A stretch of 63,815 bases of DNA, the filler included, from Octopus bimaculoides (lineage: Eukaryota): NCBI RefSeq assembly GCF_001194135.2. It is 5 parts of 5 records of this genome, joined end to end, with 100 filler letters (N's around TTAATTAATTAA, not from the genome) between each part and the next. Parts side by side here need not be neighbours in the genome. Positions count along the whole stretch, not along the records: positions 1 to 18,972 come from NC_068999.1; 4 more parts are not named here. One strand, given 5' to 3'. This document shows, piece by piece, positions 1 through 10,756 of the stretch (its first letter is position 1; each line of letters starts with the position of its first letter). Below the pieces are notes generated by a model. That model ran no database searches. It was not told the DNA's origin and saw only the letters and a program-made list of their open reading frames with translations. The position numbers were made by a program, and so were the translations under genes.

Positions 1-90
<90 letters not shown>
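1..90. repeat. (ATT)n microsatellite; 3' tail/target of the adjacent Dong-type element
   Basis: Pure ATT repeat directly abutting the element's 3' UTR. Confidence 0.98.
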
Positions 91-93
<3 letters not shown>

Positions 94-404
94 TAGTTTT
101 ATTTTTACTATGTGCTTTCACTGCACTACCGAACGCAGCTCTGTGTACCTTGGCTATGTGCTGTTGTTTTTTGTGATGCTCTTATTTTTACTGTATTGAA
201 AGTGTTTTACGTAGGATATGTGCGGTGCCTAGTTGTGATATTTTCTGTATGTCATACATGATTCCTAGTCCTGGTGTTTTTGTTATGTATTTGTCTGCAT
301 ATTTTTTTTATCATACCTAATGCGCCTACTATGATAGGAATTGTTTCTGTTTTCAGACTCCACATTGGAGTTACCTCCGTTTCTAGGTCTTTGTACTTTC
401 AAGG

Positions 405-597
405 TTTCTCCGTTTCATTTAGAGAAACATTGTCATCTGTTGCTATTGATACATCGATTAGAAAGCATTTCTGTGTCAATACACACAGACAGAGAAATTA
501 AGGTCAATAGTTGTCAGAGAACATCAAGAAGAAATGCTTTCTAATCGATGTATCAATAGCAACAGATGACAATGTTTCTCTAAATGAAACGGAGAAA
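405..597. repeat. Perfect 68-bp inverted repeat (405-472 / 530-597) with 57-bp spacer, inside the Dong element
   Basis: Arms checked base by base; about 481-597 reads as element sense sequence on + (HTDREIK...FLIDVSIATDDNVSLNETEK). Confidence 0.95.
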
Positions 598-1284
598 TCA
601 TATCCCAGAGTATGGTTGCTTTCTCATTTTCGTAACCTTTTCTAGCGTGTGTCTATACCATCTTTTTTCCGTTGTTATTCCATAGTTTTGGCATAGATTC
701 CAGTGTATATAGATCCCTTTTTATCCAGGACTGGGCAGCCAGAAACAATATGATTTATTGTTTCTTGCCCATCTCCACATATTCTGCAGTTACTTGTATT
801 TCTTTTCATTACATATTTTTGGTAATTTCTGGTGGGGAAGCTTTGGTCTTGTGCTGCAATTAAAAATCTTTCAGTCTCTATTTTCAGTCCTGAGCTTCTC
901 AGCCATTGTTGGGATTTTGGTTTGTCTATCTCTCTTCTGCTCAATTTAACTCAGTATTTTCCATGAAGGGGCTTTTCTTGCCATCTTTTTATCATGATCC
1001 GTTGCTGTTCCAGTTTTAGTTTGGATCTCAGTTGTTTTACAGCTTTTGTTGTTTCTTCGTTTTCTTCATAGTTGTTAGGTACTTTGACTTCTTTTTTGTA
1101 TTTGCCATCTTCCTTCAAAACTGAAAACAGTTTTTTGTTTTGTTCGTGTCTTTTGGCTATTTGTATTAGTTTTCCTTGCTTCTGAAGTAGGTATTTCTGT
1201 AGTCCTATGGTAGTTATTTTCTAATAGCTTTTTTTTAGCTGTAGAAGGCCTCTACTACCAATAGGTTCCATGTTTTAAGTGAAG

Positions 1285-1633
1285 ATTTCGAGCAAAGGCT
1301 AAAAAGTAGTCAGGATTCTAATGAGAGTAAGACTCTGAAAAACTCTTGCCCGAGAAAATCCATCATACTAGAGAATAAGTTGGTCATAAATTTATCTAAA
1401 CTAAAACTTTTGCTCAACGATGTCTCAGTCATGGAGCTTGGCCTGACCTTCTGCCCAAAACTAGCTCAAGGGCTATTTCAGTCTGTCCGCCGTCACAAGC
1501 TGAAGGAATATTTGTTTTGAAAAAACTGGTAATAGGGAGTCAGAAAATCCTATACTTACTGAAACTTAAAGTGGTGATGATGATCGAATCTGGCATAATT
1601 AGATTGAAAAGAATCCCAATTGGTATCCAGAAA
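1285..1633 (+). mobile_element. Penelope-like element 5' fragment nested in the Dong element
   Basis: + strand VINLSKLKLLLNDVSVMELGLTFCP at 1383-1457 resembles the Penelope N-terminal motif. Removing 1285-1633 rejoins the host frame SDIKR|LHLK. Confidence 0.7.
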
Positions 1634-2105
1634 ACGTTTTATGTCAGATTTTGGGTGGTGCATCCTAAATTCTGTCATTATTTTTCTTGTTTTCCAGACT
1701 ATTTCTATTAGTTCATTTAGAGTCCAGTTAAGAATATTGTAGCTGTAACTTATAACTGTGACGGTTAGAGTGTTGATACCTATTATCTTGTTTTCACAAT
1801 GAACTCTGTTTTCAGTATTAATTTAACTCGTCTATAGTATTCGTTTCTTATCTTCTCTTTCATTTGTGTGTATTGTATAGTATCTAGTTCATTGATTCCT
1901 AAGTATTTGTATGTCTGGCTTAGGTCTAATTCTCTTATTTCATTTACTTTATCTGTGATGCTGCTACTCTTAACCTCGTTCCAAGGTTGTTTTAGCACAT
2001 TTTTCTTAGACAAATTTCATGTTTATTCTTTGGTAAATCCATGTACTGTCTGTAGTAATGTTTCCATTTGTAGCGTAGTTTTACATCATCCAAGTGGCTG
2101 ATGTC

Positions 2106-2575
2106 AAGTCACAAGAAGGACCTCAAACAGATAGTACTTTCCTTAAGATGTGCGCGGTGCCCAATAAGGCTGCTTTTTGCATGACATGAATCTTGCTCGG
2201 GGTTTCCAGTTACCTTAAGAAGTTTTGATGTTTCAATGGGATTGAGCCCAATGCTCCGATCACCACTGGTATCACTTTTACATTACCCTCTCGCATTCTA
2301 TACAGTCTTGCCATTTCCACTTTCAATTCGGAGTACTTGGTGATTTTTGCAACCTCTTTACTCACACCGTTCATGTCATTTGGTATGGCTACATCAATGA
2401 TCTGACAGTATTTGCCTCTCTTATTCAATATGACAATATCCGGCCGACGGTGTTCGATAACACGATCCGTCAGAAAATCATAGTCCCAAAGTATAATTAC
2501 TTTTCCATCCTCCGGCATAAATTTACTTGGTACAGGCTCATACCAGCTCTTTGTTACTTCATATTGTATTTACAG
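2106..2575 (-). mobile_element. Second R4/Dong-type subfamily, RLE-domain 3' fragment
   Basis: ORF 2210-2518 with ILWDYDFLTDRVIEHRRPDIVIL...IIDVAIP (PD-D RLE motif); C-terminus QKAALLGTAHILRKVLSV*. Confidence 0.88.
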
Positions 2576-2601
2576 AATAAGAGCCAATGAAGATACACAC
2601 T

Positions 2602-2763
<162 letters not shown>

Positions 2764-2990
2764 AAGGTGGCGAGCTGGCAGAATGGTTAGCACGCCGGGC
2801 GAAATGGTTAGCAGCATTTCGTCAGCTGCTACGTTCTGAGTTCAAATTCCGCCGAGGTCGACTTTTCTTTTCAGCACTCCCAGATCGATAAATTAAGTAC
2901 CAGTGAAACACAGAAGTTGATGTAATCCACTCATCCTCTCCCCCAAAATGGCTGCCCTTGTGGCAAAATTTGAAACCTTTATTATTATTA
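2764..2990 (+). mobile_element. tRNA-derived SINE, family B
   Basis: Head ggcgagctggcagaatggttagc, B-box-like gagttcaaattcc, tail aaaatttgaaacc+(ATT); homologous copies elsewhere in the window. Confidence 0.88.
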
Positions 2991-3115
2991 TGTTATATAT
3001 ATTTGTAAGTCCTGGTGTTTTTGTCATGTATTTGTTTGAATATTTTTTTATTATACCTAAGTCACCTACTATAATGGGAATTGTTTCTGTTTTTAGATTC
3101 CACATTCGAGTTACC
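2991..3115 (-). mobile_element. Short Dong-type fragment, same subfamily as 91-2105
   Basis: MWNLKTETIPIIVGDLGIIKKYSNKYMTKTPGLTNIYNI; homologous to about 260-375. Confidence 0.85.
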
Positions 3116-3178
<63 letters not shown>

Positions 3179-3179
<1 letters not shown>

Positions 3180-3819
3180 GCCTTTGCACAGCTTCTAACA
3201 CTGGAGATGTACTGCCGTGTCAGCTGTTCACTACCAGTGAACTAAGGTAACAACTCTCGTTTTGCGAGCACCTTCCTGGGTATTCGAGCGGTTCCAAGCA
3301 GTGCTGTTTTCTGCAAGTGCTCCACCTTTATTGCAGCCCCTATTTGTTCCACGTACTCCTCGAGATTTTTGCTCATTGTTTCCAGGACTCCGACAATTAT
3401 TGGTACTATTACCACCTTTTTCATCGACCACAACTGCTTAACCTCCCAAGCTAACCTGTCATATCTTTCGACTTTTCTTTCTTCCATATCGCATACCTTG
3501 TTGTCTGATGGGCATGCTAAATCTATTATCCAGCATAGCTTGTTTCCTTTCTCAATTAAGACTTTGTCTGGCTTCCTATTCTCTATCCCATGGTCACACC
3601 GAACCATAAAATTCAATAGAATCGTTGCATTTTTATTTTCGACGATACCTTCAGGTTTTTGGTCGTACCAATTTTTTGCTCTGTCAAGTCCATACTTGTT
3701 GCAAATTGTCCAATGGACAAGCCTGGCTATATTGTCGTGGCGTTTCTTATATTCCTTCTGGGCTAGTGGCGTACAATGGCTGGTAATATGCCATATGGTT
3801 TCACGATTTTGTCCACAGT
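3179..3819 (-). mobile_element. Third R4/Dong-type subfamily, RLE 3' fragment with TAA repeats on both sides
   Basis: ORF 3242-3616 RKPDKVLIEK...WIIDLACP...LQKTALLGTARIPRKVL; upstream RHDNIARLVHW. (TAT)n at 3116-3178 and (TTC)n(TTA)n at 3820-3919. Confidence 0.9.
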
Positions 3820-3826
3820 TCTTCTT

Positions 3827-3919
<93 letters not shown>

Positions 3920-3920
3920 G

Positions 3921-4125
3921 TTCAGTAGTTTTATTTTTATAACGTGCTTTCACTTCACTACCGAGCGCAGCTCTGTGCGCCTTGGGTATGTGCTGTGGTT
4001 TGCTGTGGTGCTCTTATGCTTACTGTATTGAAAGTGTTTTGCGTAGAATGTGTGCAGTACCCAGTGGTGCAATTTTCTGTATGTTATATATATATATTTG
4101 TAAGTCCTGGTGTTTTTGTTTATTG
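3921..4125 (-). mobile_element. Dong-type 3' end, same subfamily as 91-2105
   Basis: Homologous to 91-280 (cagtagttttatttt...gaaagtgtttt); abuts a (TAA)n tail. Confidence 0.9.
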
Positions 4126-4591
4126 AGTTAGAGAGCAGTGCATGCCATCAAAGTGACACTGGGGTAAACTATACGAAGCCCAATATACCCATCATGACTA
4201 CCCGTCTGATAAGGGTACACCAGGCACATGCATCACACCATATGTGCGCGACATGGTGATCTCATATCAAGATAAACAGCGCATGACCTCGCAGGTGGGG
4301 CCCAGTTTGAATTTTCTTCCGGTCGATTAGCCCATCCTGCTGAAAAGGTCCCATGGCTATGATGCTCCCCCACTACTTCTGCTCATGATCAGAGATGCAA
4401 ATATCGTCAGCCACCAAGGGACATGCTCAACTGGTTAAGGTCAAACAACTGACAAGCATATCTGTGGTATTAAGCAGAATATTTGCTGTAGCCCATCTTT
4501 TTATACCAAGACAAAACAATGTACATGATAACACTTCCAATCAATTAAGATCAGAAACCATGAGAGCCAGTGCCTGGTACTGTATTAGGGC

Positions 4592-4644
<53 letters not shown>

Positions 4645-4650
4645 TTACTA
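4126..4650 (+). repeat. Unclassified non-coding element ending in (ATT)n
   Basis: About 470 bp of complex, ORF-poor sequence ending gggcattt followed by (ATT)n; retro-tail architecture inferred. Confidence 0.45.
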
Positions 4651-4652
4651 TC

Positions 4653-5065
4653 ATCGAGTGGCTCTGTGGTAAGAAGCTTGCTTCCCAACAACATGGTTCC
4701 GTGCTCAGTCCCACTGCCCGGCACCTTGAGCCAGGCATTCTTCTACTATAGCCACGGTCCGACCAAAACTTTGTGAGTAGATTTAGTAGACGGAAACTGA
4801 AAGAAGCCCCTCGTGTATATGTATGTATGTATGTATGTATATTTGTATGTACTTGTGTGTCTGCGTTTGTCCCCAACTATTACTTGATAACCTATGTTGG
4901 TGTGTTTACGTACCCGTAACATGGCGGTTCGGCAAAAGAGATCGATAAAATAACTACTATGCTTACACAGAATAAGTCCTGGGGTTAAATTGGTCGACTA
5001 AAGGCGGTGCCCTAGCATGGCCGCTGTCAAATGACTGAAACAAATAAAACAATAAAAGAATAAAA
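4653..5065 (+). mobile_element. tRNA-derived SINE, family A (full length, internal TA/TG microsatellite)
   Basis: Head gtggctctgtggtaagaagcttgcttccc, middle gacggaaactgaaagaagccc, tail ggcggtgc...atgactgaaac; homologous to 48866-49250. Confidence 0.9.
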
Positions 5066-5139
5066 TATATGAATATACATGCATACATGCTTACATACAT
5101 ACATACATGCATACATATATGCATACGTACATACATACA

Positions 5140-5173
<34 letters not shown>

Positions 5174-5367
5174 CACAAACACACATATTCATATAATACA
5201 ACACATAATTTCCAATTAGATTAAATATTTATAATACCTCAGGCACAAATCATCAGACTGAAAAATGACGCAGAAAGTATAAGGGAGAGAGACAGAGAGC
5301 GTGGGGAAAGATAAAGAGAAATGCTTTTTTGACCGAAGAGAATATTACCTATATACATATATATATA

Positions 5368-6900
5368 TCACCAAAGTCACCCAATTAATACTTGAAGAGA
5401 ACACATTCTCATTTAACAACAAACCATACCGGCAGATAAAGGGCACGGCTATGGGTACGAAATTCGCACCTTCATATGCCAACCTAGTGATGGGTTTCCT
5501 TGAGAACAAGCAATACGATGAAATAGGGAACACCTTCGAACACAACTTCAGAGAAGACGTCAAGAAAAAGTGGAAACGCTACCTCGATGACTGTTTCATC
5601 TTTTGGAACAGATCAGAAGAAGATCTACGAACATTCCACAACATCCTCAACACACTGCNNNNNNNNNNNNNNNNNNNNNNNNNNNNNNNNNNNNNNNNNN
5701 NNNNNNNNNNNNNNNNNNNNNNNNNNNNNNNNNNNNNNNNNNNNNNNNNNNNNNNNNNNNNNNNNNNNNNNNNNNNNNNNNNNNNNNNNNNNNNNNNNNN
5801 NNNNNNNNNNNNNNNNNNNNNNNNNNNNNNNNNNNNNNNNNNNNNNNNNNNNNNNNNNNNNNNNNNNNNNNNNNNNNNNNNNNNNNNNNNNNNNNNNNNN
5901 NNNNNNNNNNNNNNNNNNNNNNNNNNNNNNNNNNNNNNNNNNNNNNNNNNNNNNNNNNNNNNNNNNNNNNNNNNNNNNNNNNNNNNNNNNNNNNNNNNNN
6001 NNNNNNNNNNNNNNNNNNNNNNNNNNNNNNNNNNNNNNNNNNNNNNNNNNNNNNNNNNNNNNNNNNNNNNNNNNNNNNNNNNNNNNNNNNNNNNNNNNNN
6101 NNNNNNNNNNNNNNNNNNNNNNNNNNNNNNNNNNNNNNNNNNNNNNNNNNNNNNNNNNNNNNNNNNNNNNNNNNNNNNNNNNNNNNNNNNNNNNNNNNNN
6201 NNNNNNNNNNNNNNNNNNNNNNNNNNNNNNNNNNNNNNNNNNNNNNNNNNNNNNNNNNNNNNNNNNNNNNNNNNNNNNNNNNNNNNNNNNNNNNNNNNNN
6301 NNNNNNNNNNNNNNNNNNNNNNNNNNNNNNNNNNNNNNNNNNNNNNNNNNNNNNNNNNNNNNNNNNNNNNNNNNACAAACAGATAAAATTTAAGAGTGGT
6401 CACACATTCAAAGTAAATGCAGACATGAACTGCAAGACGCAGAATGTAATATACTGCATAACCTGCCCCACATGCAAGGAGAATTATATAGGTGAAACTG
6501 GAAATTCCTTATGTCAACGAGCCAGAATTCACCGACAACATGTCCGACAGGAGGAACTACGGAAAATTCCACTGAGTGAACACCTAGGAACATGTGGGGA
6601 AGGAAAATTTAAGATCTTTCCCTTCTATAAATGCTCAAGAAACGATACCTCCTTCAGGAAAAATATGAAGAAATACTTCATAGCAAAATTCTCACCAAAA
6701 CTGAATGGCTGAAATATGAAGATCACAACCCATCTAGGATCCTCAAGTTTGGAACAACAGACCCTAAAAAAACGGCAAGAAACCCAGATAGTGGGACATT
6801 TTTGTACCAACAAGAATTGAACTCAGTTACCTAGGTTCTCATATTTCTCTCCTAACTTTTTTTGAACTAACCAGCTGTATAGATATAATCACAATTCCTT
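5368..6900 (+). mobile_element. Penelope-like retroelement: RT fragment, assembly gap, GIY-YIG endonuclease and 3' UTR
   Basis: YRQIKGTAMGTKFAPSYANLVMG and WKRYLDDCFIFW before the gap. NVIYCITCPTCKENYIGET...KFSPKLNG* (stop at 6712) after it. No stops in either visible part. Confidence 0.93.
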
Positions 6901-7277
6901 CTTTCCCTTTTACACTCCTTTCAGACACACGCACGCACGCACACACACACACACATACACACACACACAGACACACACACACACACACACACACTCTCTA
7001 CCACTGGACAATGATACCAAAGAATACCATCTGCTTTTGCCAACTTTTTTTTAAAGGTCAAGAATGAGCTTGTCACAGCAGGAACTGACCAACTGTAAAC
7101 TGTAAACAGAATCTTCCTCTTCCCTCCTCTTCCCACTGACACACCTTTCAAATACACAGGCACACACACACGCACGCACACAGACACACACGCACATATA
7201 CACACACACACACACAAAAAAACGCACCCACACTCTCCTACTAGACAAGGACATCAAAGATTCTTTTTTTGAAAAAN
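6860..7277 (+). repeat. Degenerate tandem duplication (about 220-250 bp unit) downstream of the Penelope ORF
   Basis: gaactaaccagctgta vs gaactgaccaactgta; each unit carries a CA tract and ctct...actRgacaa...caaaga. Confidence 0.55.
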
Positions 7278-8379
7278 NNNNNNNNNNNNNNNNNNNNNNN
7301 NNNNNNNNNNNNNNNNNNNNNNNNNNNNNNNNNNNNNNNNNNNNNNNNNNNNNNNNNNNNNNNNNNNNNNNNNNNNNNNNNNNNNNNNNNNNNNNNNNNN
7401 NNNNNNNNNNNNNNNNNNNNNNNNNNNNNNNNNNNNNNNNNNNNNNNNNNNNNNNNNNNNNNNNNNNNNNNNNNNNNNNNNNNNNNNNNNNNNNNNNNNN
7501 NNNNNNNNNNNNNNNNNNNNNNNNNNNNNNNNNNNNNNNNNNNNNNNNNNNNNNNNNNNNNNNNNNNNNNNNNNNNNNNNNNNNNNNNNNNNNNNNNNNN
7601 NNNNNNNNNNNNNNNNNNNNNNNNNNNNNNNNNNNNNNNNNNNNNNNNNNNNNNNNNNNNNNNNNNNNNNNNNNNNNNNNNNNNNNNNNNNNNNNNNNNN
7701 NNNNNNNNNNNNNNNNNNNNNNNNNNNNNNNNNNNNNNNNNNNNNNNNNNNNNNNNNNNNNNNNNNNNNNNNNNNNNNNNNNNNNNNNNNNNNNNNNNNN
7801 NNNNNNNNNNNNNNNNNNNNNNNNNNNNNNNNNNNNNNNNNNNNNNNNNNNNNNNNNNNNNNNNNNNNNNNNNNNNNNNNNNNNNNNNNNNNNNNNNNNN
7901 NNNNNNNNNNNNNNNNNNNNNNNNNNNNNNNNNNNNNNNNNNNNNNNNNNNNNNNNNNNNNNNNNNNNNNNNNNNNNNNNNNNNNNNNNNNNNNNNNNNN
8001 NNNNNNNNNNNNNNNNNNNNNNNNNNNNNNNNNNNNNNNNNNNNNNNNNNNNNNNNNNNNNNNNNNNNNNNNNNNNNNNNNNNNNNNNNNNNNNNNNNNN
8101 NNNNNNNNNNNNNNNNNNNNNNNNNNNNNNNNNNNNNNNNNNNNNNNNNNNNNNNNNNNNNNNNNNNNNNNNNNNNNNNNNNNNNNNNNNNNNNNATATA
8201 TATATATATACAGGCGTCATGTGTCGTACGCTTACATCGCATTGATGTCACTACGACGAAAGTCTCCCCGATTAAGCGCGAATTCTGCACCTGCTTTGCC
8301 TCTCTTTTCCAACCAGCTCTTGGAGAAAAGAAGTTGAAGGAGAATGTCGGAAAGTTAACAACAATTACATTACCAAGTT

Positions 8380-8935
8380 TTACAAAAATCTAGAACACTC
8401 AAAACGCTATAAATCGAAAGGGCTTTTCCAATAGGAGAATACACTGCAAAAACAGGTATTATCAAGTCAGAAGAGGGAATAGTTCTAATAGCAACGGAAC
8501 AGGTAGAGCATACCAAGAAATTGTATGAAAGTAATCCAAAAGTTGCAGTGGTTGACACAGATTTAGGGTATGAGAAAGAACGTGTGAGATAGAAAGAGCT
8601 CTGGAAAAGATTTTTAAAAATCCAGGAAAGCACCAGTTTTAGGTGCAGTACCAATTGAACTGATCAAGGGTACAGGAGAGAGTGCCATCACAATACTCCA
8701 CAACCCATGCAGTAAGATCTGGAGAGAGGAGTGACCTACAAAATGGTGTACCGTAGAATATGTACCCATCCATAAAGGGGATAACTTGCTTATTTGTGAG
8801 AATTATCGAACAATTGCTGTGATCCACATGCAGGTAAAGTACTTTTAATCCTCATCCTAGAGCGTTTGAAACCATTCCCCGAACAAAAAATAGCTAACGA
8901 ACAGGCTGGCTTTAGAAGCAGACGTGATACAATAT
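8380..8935 (+). mobile_element. Degenerate RTE-type LINE, N-terminal part of RT
   Basis: Across frameshifts: GKAPVLGAVPIELIK, ICENYRTIAV, GKVLLILILERLKP, EQAGFRSRRDT. Confidence 0.8.
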
Positions 8936-8989
8936 CCACACTGTTTTAGAAAAAAAAGGAAGAGTACACAGCCTTACAACTTTCCTGCC

Positions 8990-9400
8990 TGGGGCTATGC
9001 TGCTGAAGTCCCGGCTGGGCAGAGTACGTCTCCAGGATAAAGGACCATCATTTGCCTAATATCAAGCTCTCCACAGGCTATCACGAGAGAGGGGCACCAA
9101 AGAAACGATACAAGGACTGTTTGAAAAAAATCCTTCAATGTCTCTGATATCGATGATCACCTGTAGCCCACCCTAGCCGAGGACAGTAACGACTTGCGTC
9201 TCACCATCACCCATACAGTCTCTTCCTTTGAAAGCACCCACAGGTGCACTCGCAAGGGCAAAAGGCGCAGATAGAAGAACCGCAGCAACACGTCATCAAA
9301 TCCTTACCAGACCTTCAACTGTAACCAATACAGCTATACCTGCCTGTCCAGCATGGGCCTTGTCGGCCCATTCGTAATCTTCGTCTGCCAAGCCAAGACG
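8990..9400 (+). mobile_element. RTE-type LINE 3' end
   Basis: MLLKS.L, RGAPKKRYKDCLKK, decayed C2H2-like FNCNQYSYTCLSSMGL; terminal tcttcgtctgccaagccaag. Confidence 0.75.
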
Positions 9401-9894
9401 GGAGAAGTATATGTTTGTCTACATATGTATGTGTGTATATATGTATATCTATGTGTATATGTATCAATAAAAATGTATACGTAAATCTGTATGTAGGCCT
9501 ATATGTGTATATATATATATATGTGTATGCGCATATACATGTGTGTATGTGCATATATACATATGCATATATGTATATACTATCTATCTCTTTGTCTGTC
9601 TGCCTGTCTGTCTGGCAAAACAAATAAGCATATATGTATAAACAATATACACATACAACAGGTAGCATACAGAACTATTAGGAAATACTAAGAACACTGC
9701 AAAAACCAAAAGACAAAAGAGAAAAATCCATAACCATGACCTATTGAAGAGCATGCTTCCCCGCTACAACTATGGCAGGGGTGAACCCCAGGTCAAGTTC
9801 CTATTAATAGCAACACTCCTACTTTCTACTTTCTACTGAACATTAAACATCAAACTCTTTCTTCGCCCAGTTTAATTCGAAGCGGACCTAGGGT

Positions 9895-9985
9895 ACAGAC
9901 CCTGATGAAACTGCACTGAAAATACTGCAAGGTTGCTTCTGCAATAGTGTATAGTCCTGCAGTGCAAACACGTATAGATCATGGT
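9895..9985 (+). ncRNA. Degenerate hammerhead-like motif, possible Penelope-type terminus
   Basis: gacc-CTGATGA...gcactg/cagtgc stem followed by AAACACGTA; G12 missing and stem I imperfect. Confidence 0.3.
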
Positions 9986-10094
9986 AATATGCTGTACATA
10001 ACTGTAAAATAAATTATCGATGTGCAAATCTCCATTCCCTTTATTATTAATGTTATCTTACACTCTGCGGAACCTTTGCAGTCTTCAGCAGAAC

Positions 10095-10235
10095 ACAAGA
10101 GATTATCCAACGAGAAAATCTACCAATGTCTGACAACATATTGTAGACATGGGCATCGAATACGAACCGTTGTGTTAGCTGGCACCTGGAACCGAACTGA
10201 GGGCAAACACTGTATCCGCCTGGATAATATATCCC
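10095..10235 (-). mobile_element. Possible highly decayed RLE-element C-terminus
   Basis: VFALSSVP and ISCVLLKTAKVPQSVR* resemble the VGALGSVP and QKAVLLGTAKILRKVL ends of Dong-type ORFs. Confidence 0.35.
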
Positions 10236-10717
10236 TGCAAACTCATATATATATTCGTGTGTATGTATGTATGTATGTATGTATGTATGTATGCATGCAT
10301 GTGTGTGTGTAATATTATTAATATTAATATATGTACATATACATATAGCTAAACAGATAGATCGATAGATCGATAGAGATACATACATACATAACATACA
10401 TACATACATACATACATACATATGTACTTATACATATACGCTGTGGCTTAAGCTGATGTAAAATATGACTGACAAATATTATTGAACTTACTCTCAGAAG
10501 CCTAAACTTCATCACGTCGGAACTTCCTTTACATTGTTATGAAAGTTTTATGTCATCATTGCGTGCTGAAAAATTTTAGTGTGTCTCTAAGAGAATTTAT
10601 TTTTACTTTATTGTTAACAGCTTTTTATCTGTTTGTCCATATGTATGTATATGTGCATATATACATATGTAAACGTATATGTATATCTATCTATCTATCT
10701 ATCTATCTATCTCTCTC

Positions 10718-10756
<39 letters not shown>

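Larger units (their letters stand above)
91..2105 (-). mobile_element. Degenerate 5'-truncated R4/Dong-type non-LTR retrotransposon (RT C-terminus, CCHC knuckle, restriction-like endonuclease)
   Basis: Minus-strand motifs in order: DDVKL, QTYKYLGIN, KTRKIMTEFRMHHPKSD, CRICGDGQETINHIVSGCPVL, FLIDVSIATD, LGTAHILRKTLSIQ*. 3' UTR then runs into (AAT)n. Frameshifts and stops present. Confidence 0.9.
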
